Shown: piece after piece, positions 38,901 through 47,361 of the stretch
Layout: each line of letters opens with the position of its first letter
Position numbering within the stretch: the stretch's first letter is position 1
The notes under the pieces: generated by a model
What the model was told of the DNA's origin: nothing
Databases searched by the model: none
What the model saw: only the letters and a program-made list of their open reading frames with translations
Virus record (IMG/VR): IMGVR_UViG_3300032280_000442
Coordinates: 160,001-224,000 of that record
Length of the DNA: 64,000 bases
Reading direction: 5' to 3' (one strand)
Source: a virus
Taxonomy: Duplodnaviria; Caudoviricetes
Position numbers and translations under genes: made by a program

Positions 38901-39555
38901 AACCTGAAATTGTTCCGTAATAATTTATAGATGTTGCTGAACTACTTGGTGTTGTAAGAACATTAAACAGTTGTGTTTGAATGTTATCTAAAATTCTTGA
39001 CGTACTACCATTGAAGGTTTCATACGTATCATTAATTTTATTTGATATTAATGGTGGTACGTTAGACACTTGAATTGTTTCAATACCACTATTACAACCT
39101 GTAAAAGTAAATGTAAACGGTGTTATTGTATAACCTGTACATACATTAGCACATAATGCTAAGTCATATGTAAAACCTGAACATTGGAACCCCACTGTTG
39201 ATTTATCTACGTTCGCAATTGTAGTAATAGACCAAGATGGTCCCGCGTCATATCCTGATAATCCCAAAATTCTTGTAACAAACAATTGATTAGATTGTTG
39301 TAAATAAGCCTTTGCGATATACGAAGCTTCATACTTCGGTATTTGTGTATTAATAAACTTTTCAGGGGATGTTCCTCCAAAAAAAGTTGAGAATTCATCG
39401 AAGTTACGTATAAAAATAGGTTCAAAGGCAGGACCTTTTTGTGTCTCACCTACAATACCTAATGTGGTTACACCCACACTCTGTGCTACGAAACTTAAAT
39501 CAACTTCGGAAGTATATACCCCTGGAGATACGAATACTTTGCTGTTTGTTGCCAT
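35968..39555 (-). CDS. Contractile tail sheath protein (T4 gp18-like) with large insertions
   Basis: FVSPGVYTSEVD N-terminus; ATYYPWV, PWFAAAG, INPI, IWGNKTL, RINVRRL and LFEQND motifs. Confidence 0.95.
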   Translation of the reverse strand: MATNSKVFVSPGVYTSEVDLSFVAQSVGVTTLGIVGETQKGPAFEPIFIRNFDEFSTFFGGTSPEKFINTQIPKYEASYIAKAYLQQSNQLFVTRILGLSGYDAGPSWSITTIANVDKSTVGFQCSGFTYDLALCANVCTGYTITPFTFTFTGCNSGIETIQVSNVPPLISNKINDTYETFNGSTSRILDNIQTQLFNVLTTPSSSATSINYYGTISGSDYNTLSTGYTNSTNVYGVDSVSSTNADYTDANNDPWYYSLFDNNSGSYSGFSFYNVVNTLTATTSSSNCASFYSLSMSSATVSNTVGSINYNTNTIDVVLPSNTPTSGLTALTVTFSACTTGVTVSGVTQQSTGTTQNFSARTKTYVLTSQDGSNIQSWIVNVIINNPCNPSTTGNTGTRNTGILTTCYSGTVSGKIYTYSGVSYTDFDDMVIATLRSRGIATYGTNSDGPAYEVTGLTDVSINCTASTYSDIAKNPYSTFGLNVTDYDGNTFFFETSFSESDSKYLPKVFGSSNFAKPRTTVPLFVEERFQTLLNYGYNKGYIRGLNCNLLDLPRAAGGNSSSIAYYLEKYQTPVSPWVVSEVRGNKVFDLFRFATISDGDSANTEVKISIANMSFGNLTFDVLVRDFYDTDNNPVVIEKFTNCTMDPNSNSFVAQKIGTSDGEYALNSKYIMVEMNEDAPIDTLPCGFKGFKFRQYGSSRSPFPIYKTKYDYPGEVVFDPPFGLSSGSNDATLSPGDNVRRTYLGISTGNGAGYDVDFFRYKGKQKPLNLCIDSDAAEWLTLTKGFHMDKNASGITISNAYTTSGTPAYYVGDATFTSDPSSEASPYYRIYSRKFSLLVQGGFDGWDIYTERRTNGDLFKLGRRGYLNGACSDIQYPTATGWGAFKKITVGNNSVDWANTDYYAYLLGQQTFSNPEAVNINLFVTPGIDYTNNSDLVEEAIEMIEFNRADSLYICTTADSNLLLPTYDPTQLVYPQEAVNTLEDSGIDSNYTATYYPWVLTRDSVNNTQIYLPPTAEVVRNLALTDNIAFPWFAAAGYTRGIVNAVKARKKLTQEDRDTLYQGRINPIATFSDVGTVIWGNKTLQVAQSALDRINVRRLLLQARKLISAVSVRLLFEQNDQKVRQDFLDAVNPILDAIRRDRGLYDFRVTVSSDTADLDRNQMTGKIYIKPTKSLEFIDITFYITPTGASFENI

Positions 39556-39672
39556 TAGTTTGTCTTGTTTATAATTTTATTTATATATAAATATTAAAAA
39601 AAAATCAAAATACTTTACTTCGTAGCAACTATTTATATTTTAGGTAGATTATTTTCTGCCTTTTTTCTACTT

Positions 39673-39837
39673 ATGGATAAAGACATCAAAAAGATTAAAA
39701 ATTTAAAGATATCAGTGGAGACACACGAGATTCTTAAAACTTATTGTGAAAAGAGGGGTATAAAAATGTATCGTTTTTTAGAAAGGTTAATTATTGAAAA
39801 ATGCAAACCTAAAAAAGATGTATATGGTGAGGATTAA
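39673..39837 (+). CDS. Small ribbon-helix-helix regulator, 54 aa
   Basis: Not in the ORF track. MDKDIKKIKNLKISVETHEILKTYCEKRGIKMYRFLERLIIEKCKPKKDVYGED; divergent from the sheath gene; TATTTAT at 39630-39636. Confidence 0.75.
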   Translation: MDKDIKKIKNLKISVETHEILKTYCEKRGIKMYRFLERLIIEKCKPKKDVYGED

Positions 39838-40868
39838 AATATCTTATCAATAAATTGAATAGTTGATTCTAATGATGGATTATCCTTAACTATTTCTAAT
39901 CTTAACACATCTCCTGAATTAATTTGTATTAATTCCAAATCAGAACCATAATAGTCATCATTAATGTAAACATCAAATGAATCAACATTAATAGTGTTAC
40001 CTATTTTAATGTCAACAACATAACTAAATAATTGAGTTAAACTTGTGTTACCTGATAAAAACAACGCCTGACTTCCGGGACCTTCCTCAATAGGTTTTTT
40101 CTTATTACGTCTTGTTGTCTTTTTTTCAAATTCAACAACTTGTAAAACTCTTGTTATAGCAGGTGACACTTCAAATTCATCTTCGTCAATTAAAAATCCT
40201 AACATTGTAAATTCATAACTTTGGATGTAGTATTTTCTTTTTTCAACCTCCATAACGGATTCGTCGGTAATATTACCCATAATGATTGGAATATAGTGTC
40301 CTTTGATAACCGCATAAGCTTGTCTTGATGCAAATTTTTCAAGAATAACTTGATTGAGTTTATTTAACTCCCTCATTCTATTACAAATAATTTTAATAGA
40401 GTAAGTAATATCTACAGGTACCGGTTGAGGTATTGTATAAACATCCATACCATTTCTTTGACCATCCCAAGTTGGAACTTGAGCATAAAAATATTGTCTT
40501 CTATTTGGTATGTTATATAATAACGAAGGGTTTGTCCCAAATTTAACTTCCGGATTTCTGATTGTTGTTATAAATGGGGGTTCAGCGTTTTTATCTATGT
40601 TTTGGAAATTCCAAGTTTCGGTAAAATTAGCCCAATTCTGAGTTGTAACAATAATATCCACAGTTGGAATTGTTTTACCTTCAACCACTACTTTTAACTC
40701 GTCTTTAACAAAATCTAAAAAACCTCTGTCTAAGTCGGCGTGCAATAAAGATTTTGGAAGATAAGTTCCATCTTTATTAATTTTTTCTAACAACTCTTTT
40801 CTTCTTGGTAAAAGAGTTTTTGTTTCTGTTAGGGGTAAATTTTTCTTTATTTTACTTGGTAAACCCAT
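39834..40868 (-). CDS. Tail terminator / sheath stabiliser (T4 gp15-like)
   Basis: PQPVPVDITYSIKI motif; directly upstream of the sheath gene. Confidence 0.65.
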   Translation of the reverse strand: MGLPSKIKKNLPLTETKTLLPRRKELLEKINKDGTYLPKSLLHADLDRGFLDFVKDELKVVVEGKTIPTVDIIVTTQNWANFTETWNFQNIDKNAEPPFITTIRNPEVKFGTNPSLLYNIPNRRQYFYAQVPTWDGQRNGMDVYTIPQPVPVDITYSIKIICNRMRELNKLNQVILEKFASRQAYAVIKGHYIPIIMGNITDESVMEVEKRKYYIQSYEFTMLGFLIDEDEFEVSPAITRVLQVVEFEKKTTRRNKKKPIEEGPGSQALFLSGNTSLTQLFSYVVDIKIGNTINVDSFDVYINDDYYGSDLELIQINSGDVLRLEIVKDNPSLESTIQFIDKIF

Positions 40869-40869
40869 T

Positions 40870-41316
40870 TTATTGTTTTGTTATAAATATTTTGTTTCTT
40901 GAATTTATCATTTTAACTTCACTGCTACGATATATTGGTTCTTCAGTATCTTTCATAACAAATGAATTATACTTATATGGGTTATAAGTCACAATATTGT
41001 TGTTAGGTTCACTTGGTATATTAATACAAGGGTAACTACAATAATCAACTAAATAACCAATAACAAATGAATGAACATTTTTTCTTTTGTCTTGTAATAC
41101 CTTATCTCTACCACCTTGTCTAACTCTAAATTCAACATCAACTAATTTAACATAATCTGCGTGAGTAATTACTCTACCGTTATAAGTTACTGAAAAAGTG
41201 TGTTTATGTAAGTTATAATAAACCATAACTTTATCACCAATATGTTGTTTTTCTTCATCATTGGTGATAGTTTCTAATAACTGTTTATATTGATTTTCTT
41301 TAATTATAATTTTCAT
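40870..41316 (-). CDS. Conserved phage protein with MKIIIKENQ-type N-terminal leader
   Basis: VYYNLHKHTFSV...FRVRQGGRDKVLQDKRKNVHSFVIG...VTYNPYK, recognisable as a widespread phage domain of unknown function. Confidence 0.7.
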   Translation of the reverse strand: MKIIIKENQYKQLLETITNDEEKQHIGDKVMVYYNLHKHTFSVTYNGRVITHADYVKLVDVEFRVRQGGRDKVLQDKRKNVHSFVIGYLVDYCSYPCINIPSEPNNNIVTYNPYKYNSFVMKDTEEPIYRSSEVKMINSRNKIFITKQ

Positions 41317-41722
41317 AATTGTAATATGTTGATAATGTTTTAACTGGTAAATAAAAATTATCTTGGAACCATTTTTTCATTGGTTCGTGCCAATGGTTAT
41401 CAAACATAGAGTCTAAGTGTCTTCCATACTCACCCAAAACTTCTAAAGTTGGTGATTTGTCTCTAAACGGTTTATGTGAAGGGTCATTTTTATCATAGTA
41501 GTCAACATCAAAATAATGAAAAACACAATCAGAATCTTCTTCACCTTCCCACTCACCTTTAAAGAAAATTAAAAAGTTTTCATTTTCCATATCAATATCA
41601 ACATATCCGTCATCATCTACACCAAGACCATAAACCCAATCCATATCATTTGAGTTAAAGGTTTCATCAATATATTTGTAGATTGAATTAAATAATCTAT
41701 TTTCTGTTATTACTACTTTCAT
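41300..41722 (-). CDS. Acidic hypothetical protein with MKVVITEN-type leader
   Basis: 140-aa ORF, translationally coupled to both neighbours. Confidence 0.7.
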   Translation of the reverse strand: MKVVITENRLFNSIYKYIDETFNSNDMDWVYGLGVDDDGYVDIDMENENFLIFFKGEWEGEEDSDCVFHYFDVDYYDKNDPSHKPFRDKSPTLEVLGEYGRHLDSMFDNHWHEPMKKWFQDNFYLPVKTLSTYYNYENYN

Positions 41723-42237
41723 TATAGACCTCTAAATTCGTTATTTGTAACCGGAGACGCCATAATAGTTCTATAAAACGGTTTGTAACCCCCAATTGTA
41801 TGCTTGTTATCTGAAGTCACCCTTCCATCGTTATTAACCGTATAATATCTAACTTTATCTTCCGTTTCATAGTATCCGATGTAATCACCATAACTAATAT
41901 CAATTTCTAACTCTTCTAAATCTCTTTGATAAACAGATACTTTCATATTACCCGGTTCCATTTGGTCTATTTTAGAATTACCTAAATATTTGTTTTCAGG
42001 TGCCATAATTTGAACGTAACCTTTGAATTCAACCGGTGGTAAAAACTTAATACCGTCAGATACGGTCTCACCATAGACATCATCCGTTTTGGTCTTATAT
42101 CTATCAACACGATATAGAACTAATGTAAAGTTCATATCCCCGTGTAACCATTCTTGTCCAAATGATAACTCTAAATTAAAATCTTCAGCCCCAAAAAATT
42201 TCCCAATTCTCGTGATGGGCACTTTTGAATTACTCAT
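41722..42237 (-). CDS. Neck / head-closure protein (T4 gp14-like)
   Basis: LYRVD..KTKTDDVYGE...PVEFKG...GDYIGY pattern; position upstream of the tail terminator. Confidence 0.65.
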   Translation of the reverse strand: MSNSKVPITRIGKFFGAEDFNLELSFGQEWLHGDMNFTLVLYRVDRYKTKTDDVYGETVSDGIKFLPPVEFKGYVQIMAPENKYLGNSKIDQMEPGNMKVSVYQRDLEELEIDISYGDYIGYYETEDKVRYYTVNNDGRVTSDNKHTIGGYKPFYRTIMASPVTNNEFRGL

Positions 42238-42247
42238 AGTGTTTTTA

Positions 42248-42276
42248 TTGATAAATATTATAAAATGTGTTATATT
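42248..42276 (+). promoter_or_regulatory. sigma70-type promoter for the SNF2 helicase, overlapping the opposite-strand TATTTAT motif
   Basis: TTGATA-17 bp-TATATT; implies the true start is TTG at 42295. Confidence 0.55.
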
Positions 42277-42294
42277 TCTACTAAAAGATTAAAT

Positions 42295-44070
42295 TTGGAA
42301 AACAATACATCTGAAAATTCTAATTTAACAATAGAACAACGAGCGATATCTCTCCTTGAAACTTATCAAGGGGCAAATAACTATATCCTTAAATTAAAAC
42401 ACCAAAAAGAGACCAATAAAAGATTCTTCCCTACAAGGTCTCAATGTGATTACATTATAAATTATTACGAAGTTACACCTAAGGTAGCCAAACGATGGGT
42501 TGATTTAGACCCCTACTTTGCCAAAAAAATTGCCGACGAAAAATTGTTACTTAAAATCCCCGAACAGGTATGGGTGGAAAAGCTATTAGTTGAGAAAGAA
42601 AAATCCTACCACGTTTGGGGGAAAGTATTAGATTCTGAAACTATCCACGATTTTTGGCTACCAAAAGGTGCTTTAATTAAAACACACACAATTAAGAATG
42701 TCGAAATTGATTATGAAAAATATTCTCATCGACCACCACTCGCACATCAAAAAGAGGCTATTGAGAAATTGGCGGGGTCCAAACGATTCATTCTTGCTGA
42801 CGATATGGGTCTTGGGAAAACAACTTCAACAATTATTGCTGCATTAGAGACAGGTGCGAAAAAAATATTAATTGTTTGTCCGGCATCTCTTAAGATTAAC
42901 TGGCAGAGAGAGATTGAGAATTATTCAGATAGAAGTGTTTATATCTCTGAAGGTAAGAATTTTTCAATTGAACACGATTTTGTGATTGTAAATTATGATA
43001 TTCTTAAAAACTTTTATGACCTTAAAGATAAGGACAATTCATTAATCACACAAGGTAATTTTGATTTAATTATTTTGGATGAAGCTCATTATGTTAGTAA
43101 TGGACAAGCGGCAAGAACAAAATTAGTTAATAGTTTTTCTAAAAAATGTGAGAGAGTATGGTTGTTAACGGGAACACCAATGACCAACCGACCAATGAAC
43201 TATTTCAACTTATTATCCCTAATTGAAAGTCCAGCAGCGTTAAATTGGATGGCTTATGCTATACGATATTGTGGTGGTTATCAATTTACCGCAGGAACTC
43301 GTAAAATATGGAATGTTGCAGGAGCAACCAATTTAGAAGAATTGAGAGACCGGACATCCCGACAAGTTTTAAGACGATTAAAGACAGAAGTTTTAGATTT
43401 ACCTGAAAAAATTATCACACCTGTTTATCTAAGATTAAAGTCAAAACTTTATGAAGGATTGATGGGAGAATACTACGATTGGTATAATAAGAACCCTGAT
43501 GAAAGTACCTCGTTGACGGTTCAGTTCAGTAAGTTAATGAAAGTTCGTCAGGTGATTGCTGAAGAAAAAATCAAAGACACTATAGAATTAGCTGAAAATA
43601 TTTTAGAACAAGACAAAAAAGTTATTATCTTTACCAACTTTACCGAAACATTAAATAGAATTGCCGACCATTTTGGAAAACAAGCGGTTAAATTAGATGG
43701 TTCGACACCAAAACCTCAACGACAATATGCTGTCGACCAATTTCAAGATAACGAAAAGATTAAAGTGTTTGTTGGTAACGTAAAGGCTTCTGGCGTGGGA
43801 ATCACATTAACCGCCGCTGAAGCCGTAATCATAAACGACTTATCATTTGTTCCGGGTGACTTAGCACAAGCAGAAGATAGAGCGTATAGATACGGACAAA
43901 AAAATTCGGTATCAGTTTATTACCCAATATTTGATAACTCAATTGAGGCAATCATCTATGATATGGTAAACCAAAAGAAACAAAACATTGGAACCGTGAT
44001 GGGTGACGATATAGATAATAGAGGTGATTTTATCGGAGAAATTATGAATAAAATAAACAATCGAGGTTAA
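42295..44070 (+). CDS. SNF2-family helicase (SMARCAL1/HARP-like)
   Basis: LADDMGLGKT, DEAH, LTGTP, GVGITLT and QAEDRAYRYGQ motifs; start probably TTG 42295 rather than ATG 42265. Confidence 0.92.
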   Translation: MENNTSENSNLTIEQRAISLLETYQGANNYILKLKHQKETNKRFFPTRSQCDYIINYYEVTPKVAKRWVDLDPYFAKKIADEKLLLKIPEQVWVEKLLVEKEKSYHVWGKVLDSETIHDFWLPKGALIKTHTIKNVEIDYEKYSHRPPLAHQKEAIEKLAGSKRFILADDMGLGKTTSTIIAALETGAKKILIVCPASLKINWQREIENYSDRSVYISEGKNFSIEHDFVIVNYDILKNFYDLKDKDNSLITQGNFDLIILDEAHYVSNGQAARTKLVNSFSKKCERVWLLTGTPMTNRPMNYFNLLSLIESPAALNWMAYAIRYCGGYQFTAGTRKIWNVAGATNLEELRDRTSRQVLRRLKTEVLDLPEKIITPVYLRLKSKLYEGLMGEYYDWYNKNPDESTSLTVQFSKLMKVRQVIAEEKIKDTIELAENILEQDKKVIIFTNFTETLNRIADHFGKQAVKLDGSTPKPQRQYAVDQFQDNEKIKVFVGNVKASGVGITLTAAEAVIINDLSFVPGDLAQAEDRAYRYGQKNSVSVYYPIFDNSIEAIIYDMVNQKKQNIGTVMGDDIDNRGDFIGEIMNKINNRG

Positions 44071-44081
44071 TTCGGTTGTTT
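44055..44081 (+). terminator. Hairpin at the helicase stop codon
   Basis: AAACAATCGA / TCGGTTGTTT 10-bp stem with one G-U pair. Confidence 0.45.
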
Positions 44082-44111
44082 AGATATTTATCATAATAAA
44101 CACAAGCCTAT

Positions 44112-44996
44112 ATGAAAAATACAGAAAACAAAGTTAATCTTATTATTGAAGAGATTAAAAAAAATGAAACTGATAGAAAAGTAACCCTAATACTATCTGA
44201 ATCCAAAGCTGAGAAATGTTCAACATCCAAAGTTGAAGAAATTAGACAATTATTTAATAAAAACCCAAAAGTTAAAGATTTATTTAAATACGCAATCAAT
44301 AGAATATTAAGAGATGTCTTTCCTGACAATTACTACAATAGAGGTGCATATGGTGAAGGTGAAATGTCCGGAATATACGATTTAGAACAAGAAGGTCGTT
44401 CGGTGATTAACAAATTAAACACAAATTATAGTTGTTTTTGTGTATTACTTAGAGACGTTAACAAAGTGTTAAAATCTAAAAAACAACAACCAATATCATT
44501 TCAAAACATAACCGAACTAGAACAAATCAATCAAGTTAAACGATTTGTTAATATAATTGACCAATATAAATCAAGAGTCTTTAATCCTGAATCTTCAACA
44601 TTCCAATCTCTTATGATGGTGTTAGGTCAAACCCACGCTTGGGGTCAAAAAAGAGAAGACACAACAGTAGAAATACTTAAAAAACAATTTGGTGAAGAAA
44701 ACGTAAACGCAGTTGGAAAACTCGGAAGTAGTGAAGATATGATTGGTGGAATTGATTGTGAGATAATTGTTGATGGTGTAACCAAAACCGCACAAATTAA
44801 ACCTTTCGGGTCTATCAGCGAGGAACATCATTTTATAATTGTATTAGGTTCCGGTAATGTTAAAAAATACAATACTGACTGGTTAATTTTTTCTAAAAAT
44901 AATAAAGAAATTTTAATATTTGATAATAACAATACAACAATTGTTGGTGGTAATTTCGTTTTCCCTGAAAAAAGTTTAATTTATACTCTTAGCTGA
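44112..44996 (+). CDS. Putative PD-(D/E)XK-fold nuclease
   Basis: GQKREDT...EDMIGGIDCEI...TAQIK resembles the E...D...QxK restriction-endonuclease-like active site. Confidence 0.55.
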   Translation: MKNTENKVNLIIEEIKKNETDRKVTLILSESKAEKCSTSKVEEIRQLFNKNPKVKDLFKYAINRILRDVFPDNYYNRGAYGEGEMSGIYDLEQEGRSVINKLNTNYSCFCVLLRDVNKVLKSKKQQPISFQNITELEQINQVKRFVNIIDQYKSRVFNPESSTFQSLMMVLGQTHAWGQKREDTTVEILKKQFGEENVNAVGKLGSSEDMIGGIDCEIIVDGVTKTAQIKPFGSISEEHHFIIVLGSGNVKKYNTDWLIFSKNNKEILIFDNNNTTIVGGNFVFPEKSLIYTLS

Positions 44997-45021
44997 TATT
45001 TATATAGAAACACAAATCTAT

Positions 45022-46143
45022 ATGGCAGTTATCGCAGAACCGGAAAGAACCAAACTCTATACAAGAATTAGACACCTTTTAGGTGCTCCTCTTCGTTCAA
45101 TAGAAATTGAAGATGAGATGATGGATAGTTTATTAGAACTATCTATTAGTGACTATTCCCAATATGTTCAAGATTGGTTAATTGAATCACAATGGACTTC
45201 ATTATATAATCTTAATTTAGATACACAATCATTATCTCGAGCATTTATAACTAAAAGTTTAGATTATGAAACTCGTTACACATATGCTTATTCTAAAATT
45301 GTTGGACTACAAGCCGGTGGTGAGTGGGAACTTAAAAAAGATTATGTACAATTAGTTAAAGGACAACAAATTTATGAAATTCCTGCGGGAAGAGAAATAA
45401 ATGAAGTAATGTGGTTTACACCTGCAGAACTTAACAACCTATTATTTGACCCCTGGTCTTTTGGTTCATTAGGGGGTATTGGTCTTGGGGGTCCGGGAGG
45501 TTTCTCACAAATGGGTATGTCGGGTTCATATTTTATGATGCCGGCATTTGATATGTTATTAAGAATGCAAGAAACCAATATTCAAAGAAGAATTATTGCG
45601 GGTGATTTAACTTATAGAATTACCGCTTTACCTGAAGGAAAAAAGGCATTACATTTAATGAATACACCAGGTGGGAAATTTGATTTTGGAAATGCAACTA
45701 TGACTCGTGGAAAAGTATGGTATTGGTATTATGATATCGGACCTGAAGATAGAGACAAATGTTTAAAAAATAATCCCGATATTATTAAATTACCATCAGA
45801 TGTTCCGTTCGATGAGATTGATTGGGTTGATTTAAATAATCCAGCACAAGTTTGGGTTCGTCGTTGGTTTACCGCATATGTGAAAGAAACTTTAGCAAGG
45901 GTTCGTGGTAAATTCAGTGGAAACATCAAAACTCCGGATAGTGAATTAACAATGGATTATCAATCATTAGCAACAGAAGCTAAAGATGAAAAAACAAAAT
46001 TAATTGAGGAGTTAATTGGTGCTGAAGGGAGATTAACTCGTTTAAAACCTGAAAAAGTAATGGAACGAGAGGCACAAATTGCTGAGAATCTTAACAAACA
46101 ATTAAAGTTCAGAGCAATGCCAAGACAAATATACGTAATTTAA
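45022..46143 (+). CDS. Neck / head-tail adaptor protein (T4 gp13-like)
   Basis: RHLLGAPLRSIEI N-terminus and WVRRWFTAYVKETLARVRGKF...L..EAKDEK C-terminus typical of gp13. Confidence 0.85.
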   Translation: MAVIAEPERTKLYTRIRHLLGAPLRSIEIEDEMMDSLLELSISDYSQYVQDWLIESQWTSLYNLNLDTQSLSRAFITKSLDYETRYTYAYSKIVGLQAGGEWELKKDYVQLVKGQQIYEIPAGREINEVMWFTPAELNNLLFDPWSFGSLGGIGLGGPGGFSQMGMSGSYFMMPAFDMLLRMQETNIQRRIIAGDLTYRITALPEGKKALHLMNTPGGKFDFGNATMTRGKVWYWYYDIGPEDRDKCLKNNPDIIKLPSDVPFDEIDWVDLNNPAQVWVRRWFTAYVKETLARVRGKFSGNIKTPDSELTMDYQSLATEAKDEKTKLIEELIGAEGRLTRLKPEKVMEREAQIAENLNKQLKFRAMPRQIYVI

Positions 46144-46148
46144 TTTAT

Positions 46149-46493
46149 ATGACATTTATAACAAGAACAAAAACAGGTAAAAAATTATTTGGGACAATGT
46201 CCAATTTACCAACACAACCACCAATCAAAACAATTGTAATTCCAGAACATAGAACAAATGGTGAAGAATTTATTTTGGTTAAAGATGTTGATTATTGTAA
46301 GATACTTTTAGACCAAAATACTACTGAACATATTGTAATTAAAACATTAACAAAAGTGTTAATCCTACCAATGATGGGTCAAATAGATGAACAATACGAT
46401 GAAATCCTAATCGATAAAGGTGCCGCGGTTGAGTTCTTTAGAGTAGATGGGAATTGGTATATAATTTCATCTGATGGATTAAAATTAGAATAA
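46149..46493 (+). CDS. Hypothetical protein
   Basis: 114-aa beta-rich ORF ending ...DGNWYIISSDG; followed by a terminator. Confidence 0.7.
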   Translation: MTFITRTKTGKKLFGTMSNLPTQPPIKTIVIPEHRTNGEEFILVKDVDYCKILLDQNTTEHIVIKTLTKVLILPMMGQIDEQYDEILIDKGAAVEFFRVDGNWYIISSDGLKLE

Positions 46494-46520
46494 AAAAAAA
46501 GGTGTCGTTAGACACCTTTT
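46494..46520. terminator. Bidirectional intrinsic terminator
   Basis: AAAAAAAGGTGTC-GTTA-GACACCTTTT between convergent genes. Confidence 0.85.
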
Positions 46521-46524
46521 CTGT

Positions 46525-47172
46525 TTATAACATTTTACTTCCTTTTTTTAAATTATCTTCAGCCCATAATGGTTGTAGATTTGTATAATGACAAAGTTTA
46601 TAAATTTCTTCTTCGGTATTTGCCGATGATAATGGAACTATGTGGTCAATATGCCACTCACTTCTAGTATCCCAACTCATACCATCAATAAATTGTTTTT
46701 CTAAATATTCTTTAAGAAATTCCGGAGAACAACCTATAATATCAAATGTATTATTTTTTTTTGTAATATTATTTAGTAACGCGTATTTTCGTAATCTTGA
46801 TGATAAATTTATCTTTAATCTAAATAAAATATCTGTTTTATATTTATTTTTAATATATTTATTTCTTTTTTCTTTATTTTCATCGTCATATTTCTTTTTT
46901 TTTAATCTTATTTTTTCATTATTTATTTCTCGATATTTTCGCATATAATCCGGATTAGACTCTCTTCTTTTTTTTTGTTTTTCTTTATTTTCTGAATGGT
47001 TTTTATAATAACGTTCTGATGACTGTTTTTTTAGTTTTTCTGAATTTTCTAAATAATATTTTTTTTCACATTCTTTACATTGATAATTAAAACCATCTTT
47101 ATTTCTACTTTTTTTAGTGTATTCACAAATATTTTTTTCTTCTTTACACTTACCGCAAATCTTTGTTTCCAT
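46525..47172 (-). CDS. Free-standing HNH endonuclease with N-terminal Cys4 zinc finger (copy 2)
   Basis: METKICGKC...CKEC; WHIDHIVPLSS...HYTNLQPLWAEDNLKK; paralogue of 15322-16050. Confidence 0.85.
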   Translation of the reverse strand: METKICGKCKEEKNICEYTKKSRNKDGFNYQCKECEKKYYLENSEKLKKQSSERYYKNHSENKEKQKKRRESNPDYMRKYREINNEKIRLKKKKYDDENKEKRNKYIKNKYKTDILFRLKINLSSRLRKYALLNNITKKNNTFDIIGCSPEFLKEYLEKQFIDGMSWDTRSEWHIDHIVPLSSANTEEEIYKLCHYTNLQPLWAEDNLKKGSKML

Positions 47173-47308
47173 AATAATCTTTTAACAATTTTTCAATAAT
47201 ACGAGAAGGTTTTTCACCATCATTTTTCATCCGATAATATATCCCCTTATCTAAACTTATACTGAGGTTTATTTTTTTATCATTATAATCTTTTGTTGGT
47301 CTTCCCAT
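47150..47308 (-). CDS. Small ribbon-helix-helix protein, 52 aa
   Basis: Not in the ORF track. MGRPTKDYNDKKINLSISLDKGIYYRMKNDGEKPSRIIEKLLKDYYGNKDLR; overlaps the HNH start by 23 nt; motif at 47313-47319. Confidence 0.75.
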   Translation of the reverse strand: MGRPTKDYNDKKINLSISLDKGIYYRMKNDGEKPSRIIEKLLKDYYGNKDLR

Positions 47309-47361
47309 ATTTATAAATATCTGCTTTTTATGTAAAAATATTATTTTAACTATTTTTTAAC

